In this document: positions 28,340 to 41,475 of the stretch, one piece after another
How the letters are laid out: each line of letters opens with the position of its first letter
Position numbering within the stretch: position 1 is the stretch's first letter
DNA from: Epiperipatus broadwayi
Lineage: Eukaryota > Animalia > Onychophora
Length of the DNA: 64,000 nt
Reading direction: 5' to 3'
Assembly: GCA_028023455.1 (NCBI GenBank)
Contig: JAQFVV010000005.1
Span: 5,580,001-5,644,000 of the forward strand
Made by a program: the position numbers and the translations under genes
The notes under the pieces: model-generated
Databases searched by the model: none
What the model was told of the DNA's origin: nothing
What the model saw: only the letters and a program-made list of their open reading frames with translations

Positions 28340-28700
28340 AATATATAAACATGGTGAAAGTCCGTAAATAAAAATCGCAATACTACTATTCTTAATTTGC
28401 CAGTTTGGCACCAAGATATAGTAAGTGATAATTATAGATTTGGGAATGAGAATCCACAATACTTGCATTAAGAAAAAGCGCATTTCTCTAAAATCCAATG
28501 TATTATACATTTCTTCTAAAACAATTGTACCTAGAATATTCTATCTGGACAGACTGATAATTAAAATTAATTTCACACGGTATCAGGATAATAATTCTGA
28601 CTTCATTTTTCATCAGAGTGAACAGTCACATAAATACTCCTATTCTTACAGTAAAATTGTCTTATGGGCACCAAAAAAACTAATAGCAGCATTTATATTT
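28340..28700 (-). pseudogene. IS630/Tc1-type transposase remnant
   Basis: In the expected order on the minus strand: VHSDEK* (about 28605-28625; cf. FSDEK/TGDEKW), FFLMQ, and CDFYLR (28362-28379; cf. CDFxLWG). Multiple stops and frameshifts. Confidence 0.45.
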
Positions 28701-29095
28701 TTTTATGAAATTTCCTTGTTGATTATATGTATCACCTTCTAACTTATTCTTGAGGAAACATATTAAGAATATGAATTTATTTTATTATTGTAATATAACC
28801 TGGATAATTTTATGATGGAAAATACCATTCTCAGAGCATTGTGGGAACAATGTGTGATATATCCTATGCCTGGATATATAGCAATTATACAGAAATTTTG
28901 AATTTTACTTCTTTCAGAGAAAAGTGGTAACAATTGTGGGTGATGTAATCCTGTGCCTGGATAGTTTATAGCAGATAGCAGATATACTGAAATTTTGAAT
29001 TTTATTTCTTTTCTATGCAATATATTTCTTCTGAAAACATTTGTAAGCCTTTTGTAGTAATTCTCTATATAACATTACATGTAAAAAAAGAATAT

Positions 29096-30545
29096 TGTAC
29101 AGTTTATTTATATATGGTACAAATATATTGGCATTTGAAAATACTTAGAAGCTAAAAAAAAAAAAAAAGGTAGAACTTAAAGATCTTATTAAAAGACGCA
29201 ATTTTAATTTTTTTTTTAGTTAGTGTAATTTTTTTTTTTAAAACATGCAATGAGAGTTGATTTTTTTTTTGTTTTGAATATTTATCAGTAATTTAATAAA
29301 AGTTGAAATTGGAAAGAATAAGAAAGGCATGCATATTACTAATCCAGATAAACAAAAAGAATTCCAAAAGTACAAAGATAGATTACGATCAAGAAAACCT
29401 TTAGGATATTGATTAAAGATGGTGAAAATAATTTATTTAAAAAAAATAACTTTGTACTAGAAAAAGAAAATAAATGTATAAGATTATAAACCTAAGCGTC
29501 ATGATAATAACAATATGCGCGAAAGTTTCAAAACTGGATCGAGATATAAAAAGAAGAGGACAACTTTGATCTAGGTCTGTCTTTTATCTTCTGGTTATGT
29601 GTCTTTAGAGTTGGAGGTTTCCGTGAGAGTGACCTGTTGCAGTGAAATGCATCTGCACAGAAATACTACTCACTTGCTGAACAAAGTCATGCAAAAATGG
29701 AAACGAAGCCTGGTGAACACTGTCTTTCGTAACAAAGAGGACATCGCAACCAAGCTTCTAGCTCCAACTATGGAACAGACCAGAAATGTGAAAATGCTTG
29801 CAGGAGAACCCAATTAAATTTCAATGAGCTCGGGATCCCATGAATCTACACAAACTTACCAGTAAGCTACTCTATTCATACCCTAATTGTGATTAATGAA
29901 CAATTTATAATTTATAAGCTTATAATATAATCCTGATAGAGACATTCCCTGATTTATGAGACCTTTGATCCATGGATTGTTTAAAGAGAGAACTGAAAAG
30001 AATGGACTGTGTTAATTAGGTAAAGTGATTACCTGGATTAGCATGCATGTCCTTTCTATTTAATAGTAATTTATTATTAAATATTTTAATTGTATAATAA
30101 AATATTTGTCTTTAAGATCACTTTCATCTGTACATTATTAATTTTAGTTATTTATTTTAATAGTAAAACTTGAATGTATCAATTACCTTTGTCCATAGGG
30201 TGATTATTTAAGCCCTAGGAAAATTTCATTAACAAACTTTAAAATGACAAAGAATCAAAATATCAACTTTTTTTAAAGTAATTTTCTTAATTTATGATAT
30301 GCGATGCAACATGACGGGTCAGCGAATTCTTGTAGAATTTTGGCGCCCATATTAAAATAAATAAAAGGCTGATTCCACCGGCGGCATAGACTGTAATAAT
30401 TAGTAGGCCCGTTAATCAGGAAATATAGCTATGTTTTTGGAAATAGGAACAAGATATTTTCTTATCCATATCTTGATTAACTTTCATTTAATAGTGTGTA
30501 AAAAAAAGACCTACCAGAATGTACTAAAACGTGAAAGACGCTACA
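29096..30545 (+). mobile_element. Solo LTR (Ty3/Gypsy-like), 1450 bp, copy 2
   Basis: Begins TGTAC and ends CTACA. TSD ATAT at 29092-29095 and 30546-30549. Shares GTTTATTTATATATGGTACAAATATATTG, AAAGAATTCCAAAAGTA, TATAAAAAG, AAACTTACC(G/A)GTAAGCTA and ATCAGGAAATATAG with copy 1. Confidence 0.8.
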
Positions 30546-31469
30546 ATATATATGTGCATATGGTAAAGAAAGATTGAGAAACTATACATTCCAGATATGA
30601 TTAGAAGCATTCCCTCGAATGTTATAGTTTTCAATGATACTTGTTAACATTATTTTTTGCAAATCAGGAAAATATTAATTCATACAATTATAGATTTTAA
30701 AGTTAATAAATTATAAATGCACTAGAAGCCCCTTAATTGTTCTTGTTCAACTTTAAGAAATATTATTTAATATTTATGAGCAGAAAATAAAAAATTTAAC
30801 ATTATGGAATTGATAAAAAAATTTTTACAATTAATAATGTTAGCATCAAACTACTATCCCCCTATTTATTCTTATTTTTCTGTATTCTTATTCTCTAAGG
30901 TCCTATGCAGTATTTTGAAGTGTTTGGGCTTACAAATGTATGAATTTCTTTAATTAAACTTTTAAAAGAATAATTAGTTAATATTTTAGTATATAAAAGC
31001 ATTTTTATAAACTTAAATTGATCTTCAATAGTTTAATAATGTTAGCATCTACATTCCAGTTTTTTATTACATAAATAAAAGTTTTCAATAAAAATAACCA
31101 AATGGCTTTATTGTTCAGGAGTTCATAAGAAGTTTGAGTGCCAGAAGTGCAAGAACGGGACTCAATTTAAGGGCCTTATGCTCCAGAGTTTAACATTCTA
31201 ACAGTACTAATCCAGACAAGACACAGTTTTAAATTAACTCATGAAACAAAAATGTTTTTCCACTTCAAATTATTTTCCATGATCGATATTTTTTCAAATT
31301 AGAAAGCATTAACAAATCACAAAAGTCAAAGTGTACTACTTCTCAAATTTCTTTGATTTTAAACCTCATATTTATTTAGAGTGTATGACTAGAGTTGATA
31401 TTTCAGAGCACATATCTAGAGATTAAGATGAAACATTATGAAAATAGAATATAAATTACTGGATGCTTA

Positions 31470-32030
31470 CTCATCATCAACCATTATCAATCCACTGCAG
31501 GATGAAGATCTCTCCAAGTTCAATCCATCTTCTCCAATCTTTAGCTTCTCCACATCACCCTGCATACTTTCTTATTTCATCCATCCATCTCACATGTGGT
31601 CTCTTTCTGGGTCTTTTACAATCTCTTGGAATCCAGTTTAAGATTTCAATTGTCCATCTATTATCATCTCTTCTAGCAATATGTCCAGCCCAACTCCACT
31701 TCAGTCTTAATTTTTTTCAATGAGGTCAGTAACACCTGTGCTTATTAGGTTTATTTAAATCATTTCTTTTAAAAGACATTGAAAACCATGCGAAATAAAA
31801 ATAATCACACCTCAATTTTACTTCAAAAATAATTTTATGTTATTATACTGATCAATGATAATTTAACAAACTAAGAAATAAAAAAAAATTGGGGCAGATT
31901 ATTTAAATGTGATTATGCCAACTATTACACTATTGAAACAATAAATTAATTTTAGGTTGACAACAGCAGTTCTCTTCCCTCTATCCTTGAGCTATTTAAT
32001 ACCAATGAACAAGAGATAGTAAATACTATA
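31470..32030 (-). mobile_element. RTE-clade LINE 3' end / RTE-tailed non-autonomous element
   Basis: Minus strand 31470-31715 translates LKWSWAGHIARRDDNRWTIEILNWIPRDCKRPRKRPHVRWMDEIRKYAG*...WRRWIELGEIFILQW, a classic RTE ORF2 C-terminus. Confidence 0.85.
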
Positions 32031-32489
32031 ATATCATCATACCCAATGGTTGCTGATTTTATAGATGAGGGGTAAAATTCAAAACTGAAACTAATACATT
32101 TGTATGCCCGAAGCAATCAATTTTTAGTTCTTTATATTAATCATGCTAATAACCTGAAATTTAAAAACATCTAAGGTTTCGAACCTAAACTAAATCACTT
32201 CATAATTATATAGATCTGACATCAAGTTAGTTTTTAAATATTTTGGAGACCTCAGTTTTATAATTTTTGACTAGTAAGAATAATACCAACAATATCATAT
32301 GAAAAATTTGTGTATTATTGTTGTTAGTATTAAAAATATCTAATTAGATAACATAGATCCAAATTGTTTAGATATATATATAAGAACAATATTAAACAGA
32401 TATAAACAAATTTCAAAAGAGAATAGAATTTGTTTATGTTTACATAGTATTTTCACCATCCACCTCCCCCCCCCCCAAAAAAAAAGGAG

Positions 32490-33840
32490 AGGGAGAGAAT
32501 TACAAATGAAATTGTATCATTTATTTGAATTACCAAATAAGCATACTTTAATGTGTATGAAATCCTAACAGAAGTAAATCATCACACTCTACCATGTTAT
32601 GAATTCACAATATCCTTATGAATCAGCAAACAATAAAAAATAGAGTGAATCTACCTATTTTTTTCAGTTTTCAATCTTTATAAAATTTTGATTGCTAATA
32701 TTGCTGGAAATTCAGAATGGATATAATTATATCTTAGTCCAGTTTAAATACAGCATTAATCATCTTGAAATTACAATTATTCATATAGAGTATTGAGAAA
32801 GAATCTCACTTTAATAATCCCTTTATAATAATTAAATATAAGTTTATGAATGTAAATATCAAATAAGTATAGTTTAATGTGTATAAAATACAAAGAGAAG
32901 ACAATCACACATCCCTGCAATCTTTAAATAAATAATATTCCTATCATCCAGAAAATGATAAAGAATACACTGAATTCATCTATCTTTCCAGTTTTTAATA
33001 TTTATAAGCTTTTATTAAACTAATGCTACAAGAAATTCAGAATGAATATTATATCTTAGACAAATTTAAATACATTTAAATTACAATTGTTCAAATAAAG
33101 GATGGAGACTAAATCTCATTTTTAACAATCTCTGCAACTGCCATGAAATGTAAGTTTGAAAAGGTAAAAATCAAATGAGAAAAGCTTAATGTGTATGAAT
33201 TCCAAACAAAAGTAAACCATACTCTCCTACAGGCTATGAATAAAAAATAGTCTTATCAGTCAACAAAAAATATATGCCTACTTTTTTTTATTATTGTTGT
33301 AGGAATTGTTAAAAGTGAAATGCAGTTTTCATCCTCTACTTGAACAAATGCTATTTCAAAATAATTAATGCCTTATTTAAATCTAGCCAAAATAGAAAAT
33401 GTTTTCCGAATTTCCAGAAACATTAACAAGCAAAAAGTTATAAAGATAGAATAAATGGATGCACTCTATTTTTTATTGCAGATCAATAAAAGAATATTAT
33501 TTATTTGTAGCTTAATGAGAGAGTTTAGTTTACTTCCATTTGGATTTCATACGCATTAAGCTATTTACATTTATAGACTTATATTTGATTATTGCAACAG
33601 AGTTGTTAAAAGTGAGACTTAGTCTCCTTTAGTCTCCATTCTCTGTTTGAACAATAGTAATTTGAAAATGATTAGAATATCATATTTTAAATTTGGCTAA
33701 GATATAATATTCATTCTGAATTTCCAGCAATGTTATCAAATTGAAAACTTAAAAAAATTGAAAGCTAAAAGAATAAATGGATTCCCTCTATTCTCTACCA
33801 TTTGTTGTCCCATAAATATCATATAATTCATAACTATCTA
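32490..33840. repeat. Diverged ~310-325-bp repeat array, direct units followed by inverted units
   Basis: TTAATGTGTAT recurs at about 32548, 32874 and 33186. GAAATTCAGAATG recurs at about 32708 and 33032. Reverse-complement copies of the unit occupy about 33295-33540 and 33540-33840. Confidence 0.75.
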
Positions 33841-34283
33841 AGCAGTGTTTACTTTTGTTTGGATTATTTACTTTAATAAATTAATATTTAACATTAAAAA
33901 TAATACTACTTCGTGGGTGTAACTAGACAATAGTATATTATAACCAAGCAATAATATCTGAAACATCACTGTTAACACAATAGTTTTTCCACATTCAAGG
34001 AGTCACTATCTACAGATTCATTAGGCCATGATAAAAAGATATCAAGTAAAAAATTAGGAATTTGTAAGTTTGAATCAACACATTTCATGTGCAAACCCAC
34101 TTGTATGATCTCTCTTCCATTTCAGTTTAGCATACTTAATCATGCGATTGTATTTGCTCTAGATTTAATACTCTATTATCTTTTCCATAACATTATTTTT
34201 TTTTTTTTTTGGCTTACTTTTGCTAAAGTTTTACTCAGCACATTTTAAAAAGTAAGCCTATATGCCACATAGCATTTGCTCTC

Positions 34284-34349
34284 ATCCATGGTTTCAGATA
34301 TCCACAAGAAGGCTTGGAACCAAATGAAATGGATATGGGAGATGATTGT
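34284..34349 (+). mobile_element. pogo/Tigger-type MITE right-end remnant
   Basis: ATCCATGGTTTCAGATATCCAC...CTTGGAAC...GGATATGGGAGATGATTGT resembles Tigger/MER2-like termini. Matching left end not found. Confidence 0.35.
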
Positions 34350-37300
34350 CTTTTGATATTGCTTACTACTACATACTTAATATAAATTATATTCAATTAT
34401 TCTGAAATTTATCATAAATATATCAATATTTACATTTATATAACTTTCAAGAGATTAACAAAAAGATTAAATATTTAGTCATTATGTGAATATTTGTTTA
34501 AAAATAAATTGTTACTCAAAAATTGTATTAAGCAAATACAATGACAAACAGTTTACTATAGATTTTAGAAAACTTTAATGTAATAAATAAAAATCAGGAT
34601 ATATGAATGGCAGAATAGAAGTAGAATAGTAAATTTCTTATAGTCTAGAATATTAGAATATGTAATAGAAAGGAAACAAACTGTTTTTGAAGTGACAAAA
34701 TAACACACATACATTTTTTTTTTTGCAGACAATGCTCAATGAACTTCTATCACAAAACAATGAAAAGAAGAAGAATGGGTCTTTATGTGGATAACCATTA
34801 AAAATTTATGCAAACTTCTTAATCTTATAAGAGATTTCACCACAAAGTAGAAATGAAGTTTTATAAAAATGCAAACAATAATTAATTGTTAAATGTGAAA
34901 TATTATTTTTAATATTGACATATTTCAAAACATGATTTCAACACAAAATCATATATTTGAAATTTTACTTTAAAAAATGTTGTGTGCATATATATATTAA
35001 ATCCTATAGGTTTAAAGACATTTTAATGTAGATGAAAATAGACAATTCCATACATATATATGTATTTATATAAGTAAAGGATATTGTAATCTTTAAATAG
35101 CCTAGCACTAGGCAAATGCTTCTGCAACATTCTTATAAACAATTAAAAAAAGGCATTATTCATCAGCCCTTCCATTTACTGGCTTGATAAGGAGTGACGA
35201 GACTCATCTTAGTGATTAATAATAGATGGGTTTCTTGATTGGATTTAATGGATATAAAGTAATAAATTGATGAAATTAATCATCTATCATTTTTAAAACA
35301 AAATATTTTAAAATGATTATTCTTCTTTCAGTGGTTATAAACTTAATTTCAATGCATATTTTGGGGAAATTCTGGCAAACCACTCTTCACACAAAACTTC
35401 TTCAAATTAAATTTCCCTCCCCCATTCTTGCTTGAACATACATTTTTGGCAAATAATCAAAGTATATAAATTTGTTCTAAAATTGGTTGTCTTTTTTGAT
35501 ATGGATAAAATGTAATAAAGATTTTAATTCATTCATCTCTAAATAACAAAAATAGATTTTCAAAATAGGATATATACTCTTAATATATACAATCCTAATA
35601 ATAAATTTATGACAATCCAGAAATATAACGATTTTAAGGTAAACCAAAGATATTTAAATACAATGAATTCTTAAATAAAATCAAGAATTGAAAGTATTCA
35701 AAGTACAAACACAAAAATAGAAGATTTGAACCAAACTGATATTACTAATCCTAGTGTTGAGATTAAATAATTTAAATAATTGTAAATTAGCACATAGCAA
35801 GAACAGGGGATATGATGCCATAATATACAAAATATCCTCAGAAAATATTTAATTAAAAAAAGAAGATATAAATAAGTTTTTTAAATAGAAATAAAAGCTT
35901 GTAGACTTCTTTATATAATTATTGCTTTGAGGTGAGCAATAACTGACAAATCTAAAACTAATATTTAATTTCGAATTAATCTGATTGTTAGTTGTCAAAT
36001 ACATAAAACACTATACTGTTGATATATATATATATGGAATTTTAATCCCAAACAAAACTAGAATCAAACCCACATCAGAATAAATTAGATCAGACCGAAA
36101 TTTCAGTTCTGAAAGTCTCAGAATTGTAGAAGTTTCAAGGCTGAGAGTAAATGGTTTAATCAAAGAAATAAAAAAGCCAACAAGGAAAGATTGTGCATGT
36201 GTGCATTTTTTTTCTATTATTATAAAGAATTTAAATCTAAAAAACAAAAGACTATTCCTTCTCTTCTGTTAATTATTTTGAATGCATTCCAACAGTAGAA
36301 CCATTAAAAAGTGTGAAATTAAAATATATAAAAGTAGATAAAAATATAGTCAAAATATAACAATGTAGTTTAGCACAATAGCTTATTATTAAATTATACA
36401 TTTTTTATAAACATAAAAAAATTCTAATTTTTAAAAACTGTAAACAATAATTTTATAAAATTATTGCAATAGTTATTTTAAATAAAAAAAAAGATCTATA
36501 ATAATTTTTTTTTTCCTTTTCTCATCATCCAATAAACATTGAATGATATTTTTAAACTGAGTGGAAAAAAATTTCCTTTCAGTCATTAATAAATAAAACT
36601 TTTAGTAATTACAAATTTATTAATCCCTGAGCATCCACTATTTTTAACATTTAAATATCTACTAGTGGTTACAAAGTTTCAAATATTATTTATGTTACAA
36701 TACATTTGAAATATAACAAAAAACACACTTTCATATAGTCATTCAAAGAAAACCTAAAATGATTTATATTTTTTTAAAAATATTATATATAGAAAGTTTG
36801 CTTCTTAAGTTCAAGCTTATTAATAATTAAAATGCAATATTAAAAACTTTTTTAAAATTTCTAAAGTACATTGACAATTTTTGTTATTGGTCATAATCAT
36901 TTTTCTCATAATAAATCTTATTATTAAATGAACCATTAAGCAAAGATCATAATAACAAAATAGATATAACTAAATAGCTCTATGCATATTCTCTATACAC
37001 AAATAATAAATAAATAAATATAGTTTGTAATCTATAAAGATATTATAGCTACAAATAGGTACAGGATTTAAAATACATAGTAAAAAAATAAATACAATGC
37101 TGCCATCAATATTTAAATACCAATGAATGGTATCTACTATGGTATATCACATATTTTATACCAATACCTTTTCATAATAAAATGATCATACCAATTTCTT
37201 CAAAAAGCATGTTTAAATATAGTAAATTTCTTTATATGATAATATTCAGAATATACATATATTTACAGAAGATCATCTGATTCTTAAATGAAGCATAAGG

Positions 37301-37950
37301 ATTTTATTATTCTGGGAGCACAGAAAAACTGTCTTTCATAAATAAATTTGTCTATGTCTTTATAAGTAAGATAAAATACATATAACTTGGAATAATGTAT
37401 TATATGTCTTAATCATAATAACTCTAACAATAATGTTTAAAAATAATTATAATAGAAATAAATGAAAATCATTTTTCATCAATAATTTTTTAGAGAAATT
37501 AGTAAATAAATTAACATTAATAAAAATAATACAACTGTAACAATATAATTTAGATTGACATAAATTGGGGGTCTTCCATATTGTGTAATTAAGTATAACA
37601 CCCTATACATGTATAATGTAAGGCAATTAGTAATAATAATAAAGTTAAATAAAAATGCAAGCAATGTGGTAATGCAAACAGCAATTTATTTGGACTGCAA
37701 AGACTTTTGAGTAAACTTTTTTTAGACCTATTCAAGGTTAATCATTATATTTTAAACAATGTTAATTATAAGGTAACTCATAGTAAATATCCTAGATAAA
37801 ATGTTGACTAAGTTTTATCTTGCAGTTGACAGTAAATATGTTAAAAACACAGAAATCATTCTTATGCACAAATTGTAGTCTCACATTTGAATATATATAT
37901 AATTGTTTATATATATATATAATAAAAAATTGAGACAAAATACTAGCATT

Positions 37951-38027
37951 ATTAGATATAAATTGTATTTACTAAGCAGTTGGTTTTGAGTTGGGGTGGG
38001 GAATTAGATATAAATTGTATTTACTAA
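37951..38027. repeat. Perfect 25-bp direct repeat flanking a 27-nt G-rich insert
   Basis: ATTAGATATAAATTGTATTTACTAA at 37951-37975 and 38003-38027. Confidence 0.9.
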
Positions 38028-41000
38028 AAACATATTAAGTGACTTCAAATGTTTCTTGACAAGATTCCAATTATTAATATATAAATATTAAGTTTTAAAA
38101 ATAAATTATATTTATCATATATTGTTAAAAACATATTTAAAAATGTAAATTTTGAATTTATTGATTACAAACAACTACATTCAGAATATTACTCATGTTC
38201 CCTTATCATATTTTTAGATTATTAGTAAAATAAAGATGCTAGATTCCTGTTTACATTTTATGCAGATTTTAAAAAAATGAAGAGAAAGAAATATCACTGC
38301 CTATAATTATTATTAAAACTATACTAATTCTTAATCATTCTATAGTTAAAGATAATCAAGAGCTCATAACTTTATAAAAGAGTGGTGTTTCCTCTACAAA
38401 TATTTAAGTTCATACCATATTACAATTTTATCATGGACATCTTATCAAACCCAGATTAAAATGGGATCTTTAGCCTTTAGGTAAGAATAGCTACTCATTT
38501 ATTGATCACTATTGGATAGCTAGCTAGATTGCCTAAAAACCATTTATTTAAAAATAAAATCCTAAGACTGTTTAACCCAGATATTGAACCAAGAGCATGG
38601 CAAATGGATTGTTTCACCATGAGAATTTTTAATTTTGCAATATTTTAGGAATGAAAAGAGTAACTTGTTAAAAAATTGTCTGTTACGTAAGTAAAATAAA
38701 CTGTTAGTCAAAAAATAATTTGAGATACAGATTTAGAGGAAAATGAAAGAAGTAAAAAATAAATAAAAGTATTAAAAACCGGCAATATAAAAATATACAT
38801 AGTTATTAAAAAAATTATTCAAGCAATAGATACCTTAACAAAAATCATAAAAAGTTTAATAAAAAAATTTTAAATAGAAATTTGCATAAACAAAATAATA
38901 AAGCAAAAAGTATGGATCTTAAAAAGGTAATATTGGCATTTGGACAGAGATAATGCCCTAGTTCTACAATTTTTATATCCATAACAATCACCACTAATTT
39001 CATCATTATTATACTTAATATCATTTTAAAGTATGATTGTTTAAATATGAATATGGGTTTGTAGTGAAAATTTATTTTTCACTAAAATGTGACATCAAAT
39101 AAAGTAATCAAATAAAGACATCAAATAAAGTAATCAAATAAAGTAATATTTTAAATTATTATATTATTTCCTAATTGGCAGAGATTTAAGATCATATATT
39201 TTACAATTTTTTTAGATTCTTTAAATATTTAGGCATTTTTTAAATGAACTTCAATAAATTTGCTACCTTTTGACTTATCAGCATTGATGGATTACTATAT
39301 AGAATGAATGAACAGTTTTATTTTATTTTAGGGAAAGAATTTTGATTAAATCAATTTAGTCATTATGACATGAAAGGTAGCTGACCCATCATTAGCTAAG
39401 AAATCTAAGCTACCAGATTTTTTAAGCTAATGTATCACTCCCAGAGAATTCTATGACCTTCAGATATGAATTAAAATTTTTAAAAAATACCAATAATACA
39501 AAATGCCTGATTCCATGAACTTTTTTAGATTTGTGAATTTTTCACATTTCAAGAATAGATATTTTATCTTCATATTTTAAACTCAAATTCTGTTAAAAAT
39601 GCAAATAAATATCAATTTTAATATGTACGGATTTGTTTATGTATATATACTTTTTATATACTGCAAAAATTTATTTTATTAATAGCAATTTAAAATATAG
39701 ACTATGCTTATTTTATATTATTACAACACTTTTTAATTAAAATAATTTACTTTTACCAATTGATCACTTTATTTCTTTAATTCGGGGTTTAAAATAATCT
39801 TGTTTAAATACTACTTATAGCATTAATCATAAATTATAGGTGAATACAATTATTTGATTTAAATTTTTAAAAAGATAGACAGGTCACTCCAATTAAGCTA
39901 TTAATTTATAGATATTTAATGATTTTTTCTATTATTTTATTTATGAATAAATGTACAAATTAATTAATTTACTGTAAAAGGTTAAAAATCATCTAGGAAA
40001 TTTTATTTGGATAAAAAAAGTTTTTGAATAATAAATACTCAAATTAATGTTATTCTACCTATATTTCAAAAAGTAATTCAAATGCTTTTTTTGTTGTTGT
40101 TGTGCTTACAATTATTTTGAATCCTGTAAATTATGAAAATTTAAAAATTCATCAAGAAAATATAATTGTTACAAGATCCACTAATGAATATAACTCTTGA
40201 GGTTAACTGAAATAGATTGAAGTCATATATATATAAGTTCCTGGAATAGTGTCTCACTTCACATATTTGAATATTTCATTCACATACAATGAAAAATTTA
40301 ATGGGTATTACATATAAGAATTTGGAGACCATCTTAATTAAATTGTGAAAAAATGTTACACTTTTATTTATAAATTAAAGATTTTAAGAAAAAAAAAATT
40401 AAATAACTTTTAGAGACTACTAAAAATTTTAAAAGACAAATATTTACAGTGAAAATAATTATAAAAAAAAGAATAGAAAATAAGAGTGATTGAAATACTT
40501 AAAATTTATTGATTTGTTTTATTTTTAGCAATAAATTAATATTCTAACTAAAATTTTTCATATTTTTTTTTGTAAAACTACAAAAATGTAAGATATTAAT
40601 ATCTAGATAGGGTCCTTGTGTGGTTTAGCATAAAGGTGGAATGACATTCGATTAGAGATTCATGTATCAAAACTCAATCTGCCACTATCATAGCTCAAAT
40701 ATCACAACATTCTGAGTGATTAATCACTCAGTTATTACATTTGTTATATACATAAAAATTCCATCAAAGTTAACTTTGTCTTTTTTTACTATAGTAATTT
40801 TAAATAACTTGGATTTTATCATAATTAATTTCCTGTTGCATTTTTGTAATTAATGTTAAATTTCTTTCCTGAAAAATTTAATTTGCATATATTTCAAATT
40901 AATGTAATCATATATGTGTATGTGAACCTGTTTAGAAAAATTAATAATAAGTTAGTTTTAGATTATAGGGTAGGATGTAGAATGTGAATTAGGGTGTAGT

Positions 41001-41249
41001 TAGGTAGGGTTCTTGCAATTAATTAGGTAAATATTTGCTATTTAAAAAGAAATATACTTAAATCCAATATATTAATATAGCCTATACAAATATACAAACT
41101 CTGAGCTATATGTATACAGAAAGGAGAGCAATAGAAATATTACACATCCTTTAAATAAATCACTATAAGTATTAAAAAAAAGTTTTTCTAGCATTCCTCT
41201 ATAGAGAAAAAAAAAATTAATACCAGATTAATCAAATGCCAGTAATGAT

Positions 41250-41475
41250 GGTTTATTGTTTGTCTGTCTTGTTTTACCCTCTACTAAGAATTATTGTAAA
41301 ATATCCATTTACCAACTAATAATTTGAAGATTAATTGGATTAGTTTATGACCAAACTATCTGAACAAAAAAAAAAGATAAGCCTAAAAATGTATCATTTC
41401 AGTAGGTCTGGATTCAAAATCCAAATCATGGGTACTCCAGATAGGTATGCTTGGCACTGCATTATGAGGGCTCTA
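41250..41475 (-). mobile_element. Decayed tRNA-derived SINE
   Basis: Minus-strand head GAGCCCTCATAATGCAGTG...GGATTTTGAATCCAGACC. Body homologous to 4150-4475. Confidence 0.5.

Noticed and set aside
28425-28742. 105-aa ORF on the + strand as a gene
   Set aside because: GTG start, no recognisable domain, and it lies antisense to a Tc1-like remnant.
29599-29817. 72-aa ORF as a gene
   Set aside because: Lies inside solo LTR copy 2, and no matching peptide was evident in copy 1.
24148-30545. One complete LTR retrotransposon with 5' and 3' LTRs
   Set aside because: Each LTR has its own ATAT TSD on both sides, the two are too diverged, there is no PBS or gag/pol, and the spacer consists of unrelated elements.
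35160-35166. Additional CTGATGA hammerhead cores on the minus strand (also 28610-28616)
   Set aside because: No helix II, GAAA or NUH site with helix I complementarity follows.
36011-36290. Possible coding exon (open frames on both strands)
   Set aside because: No convincing donor/acceptor pair and no recognisable homology.
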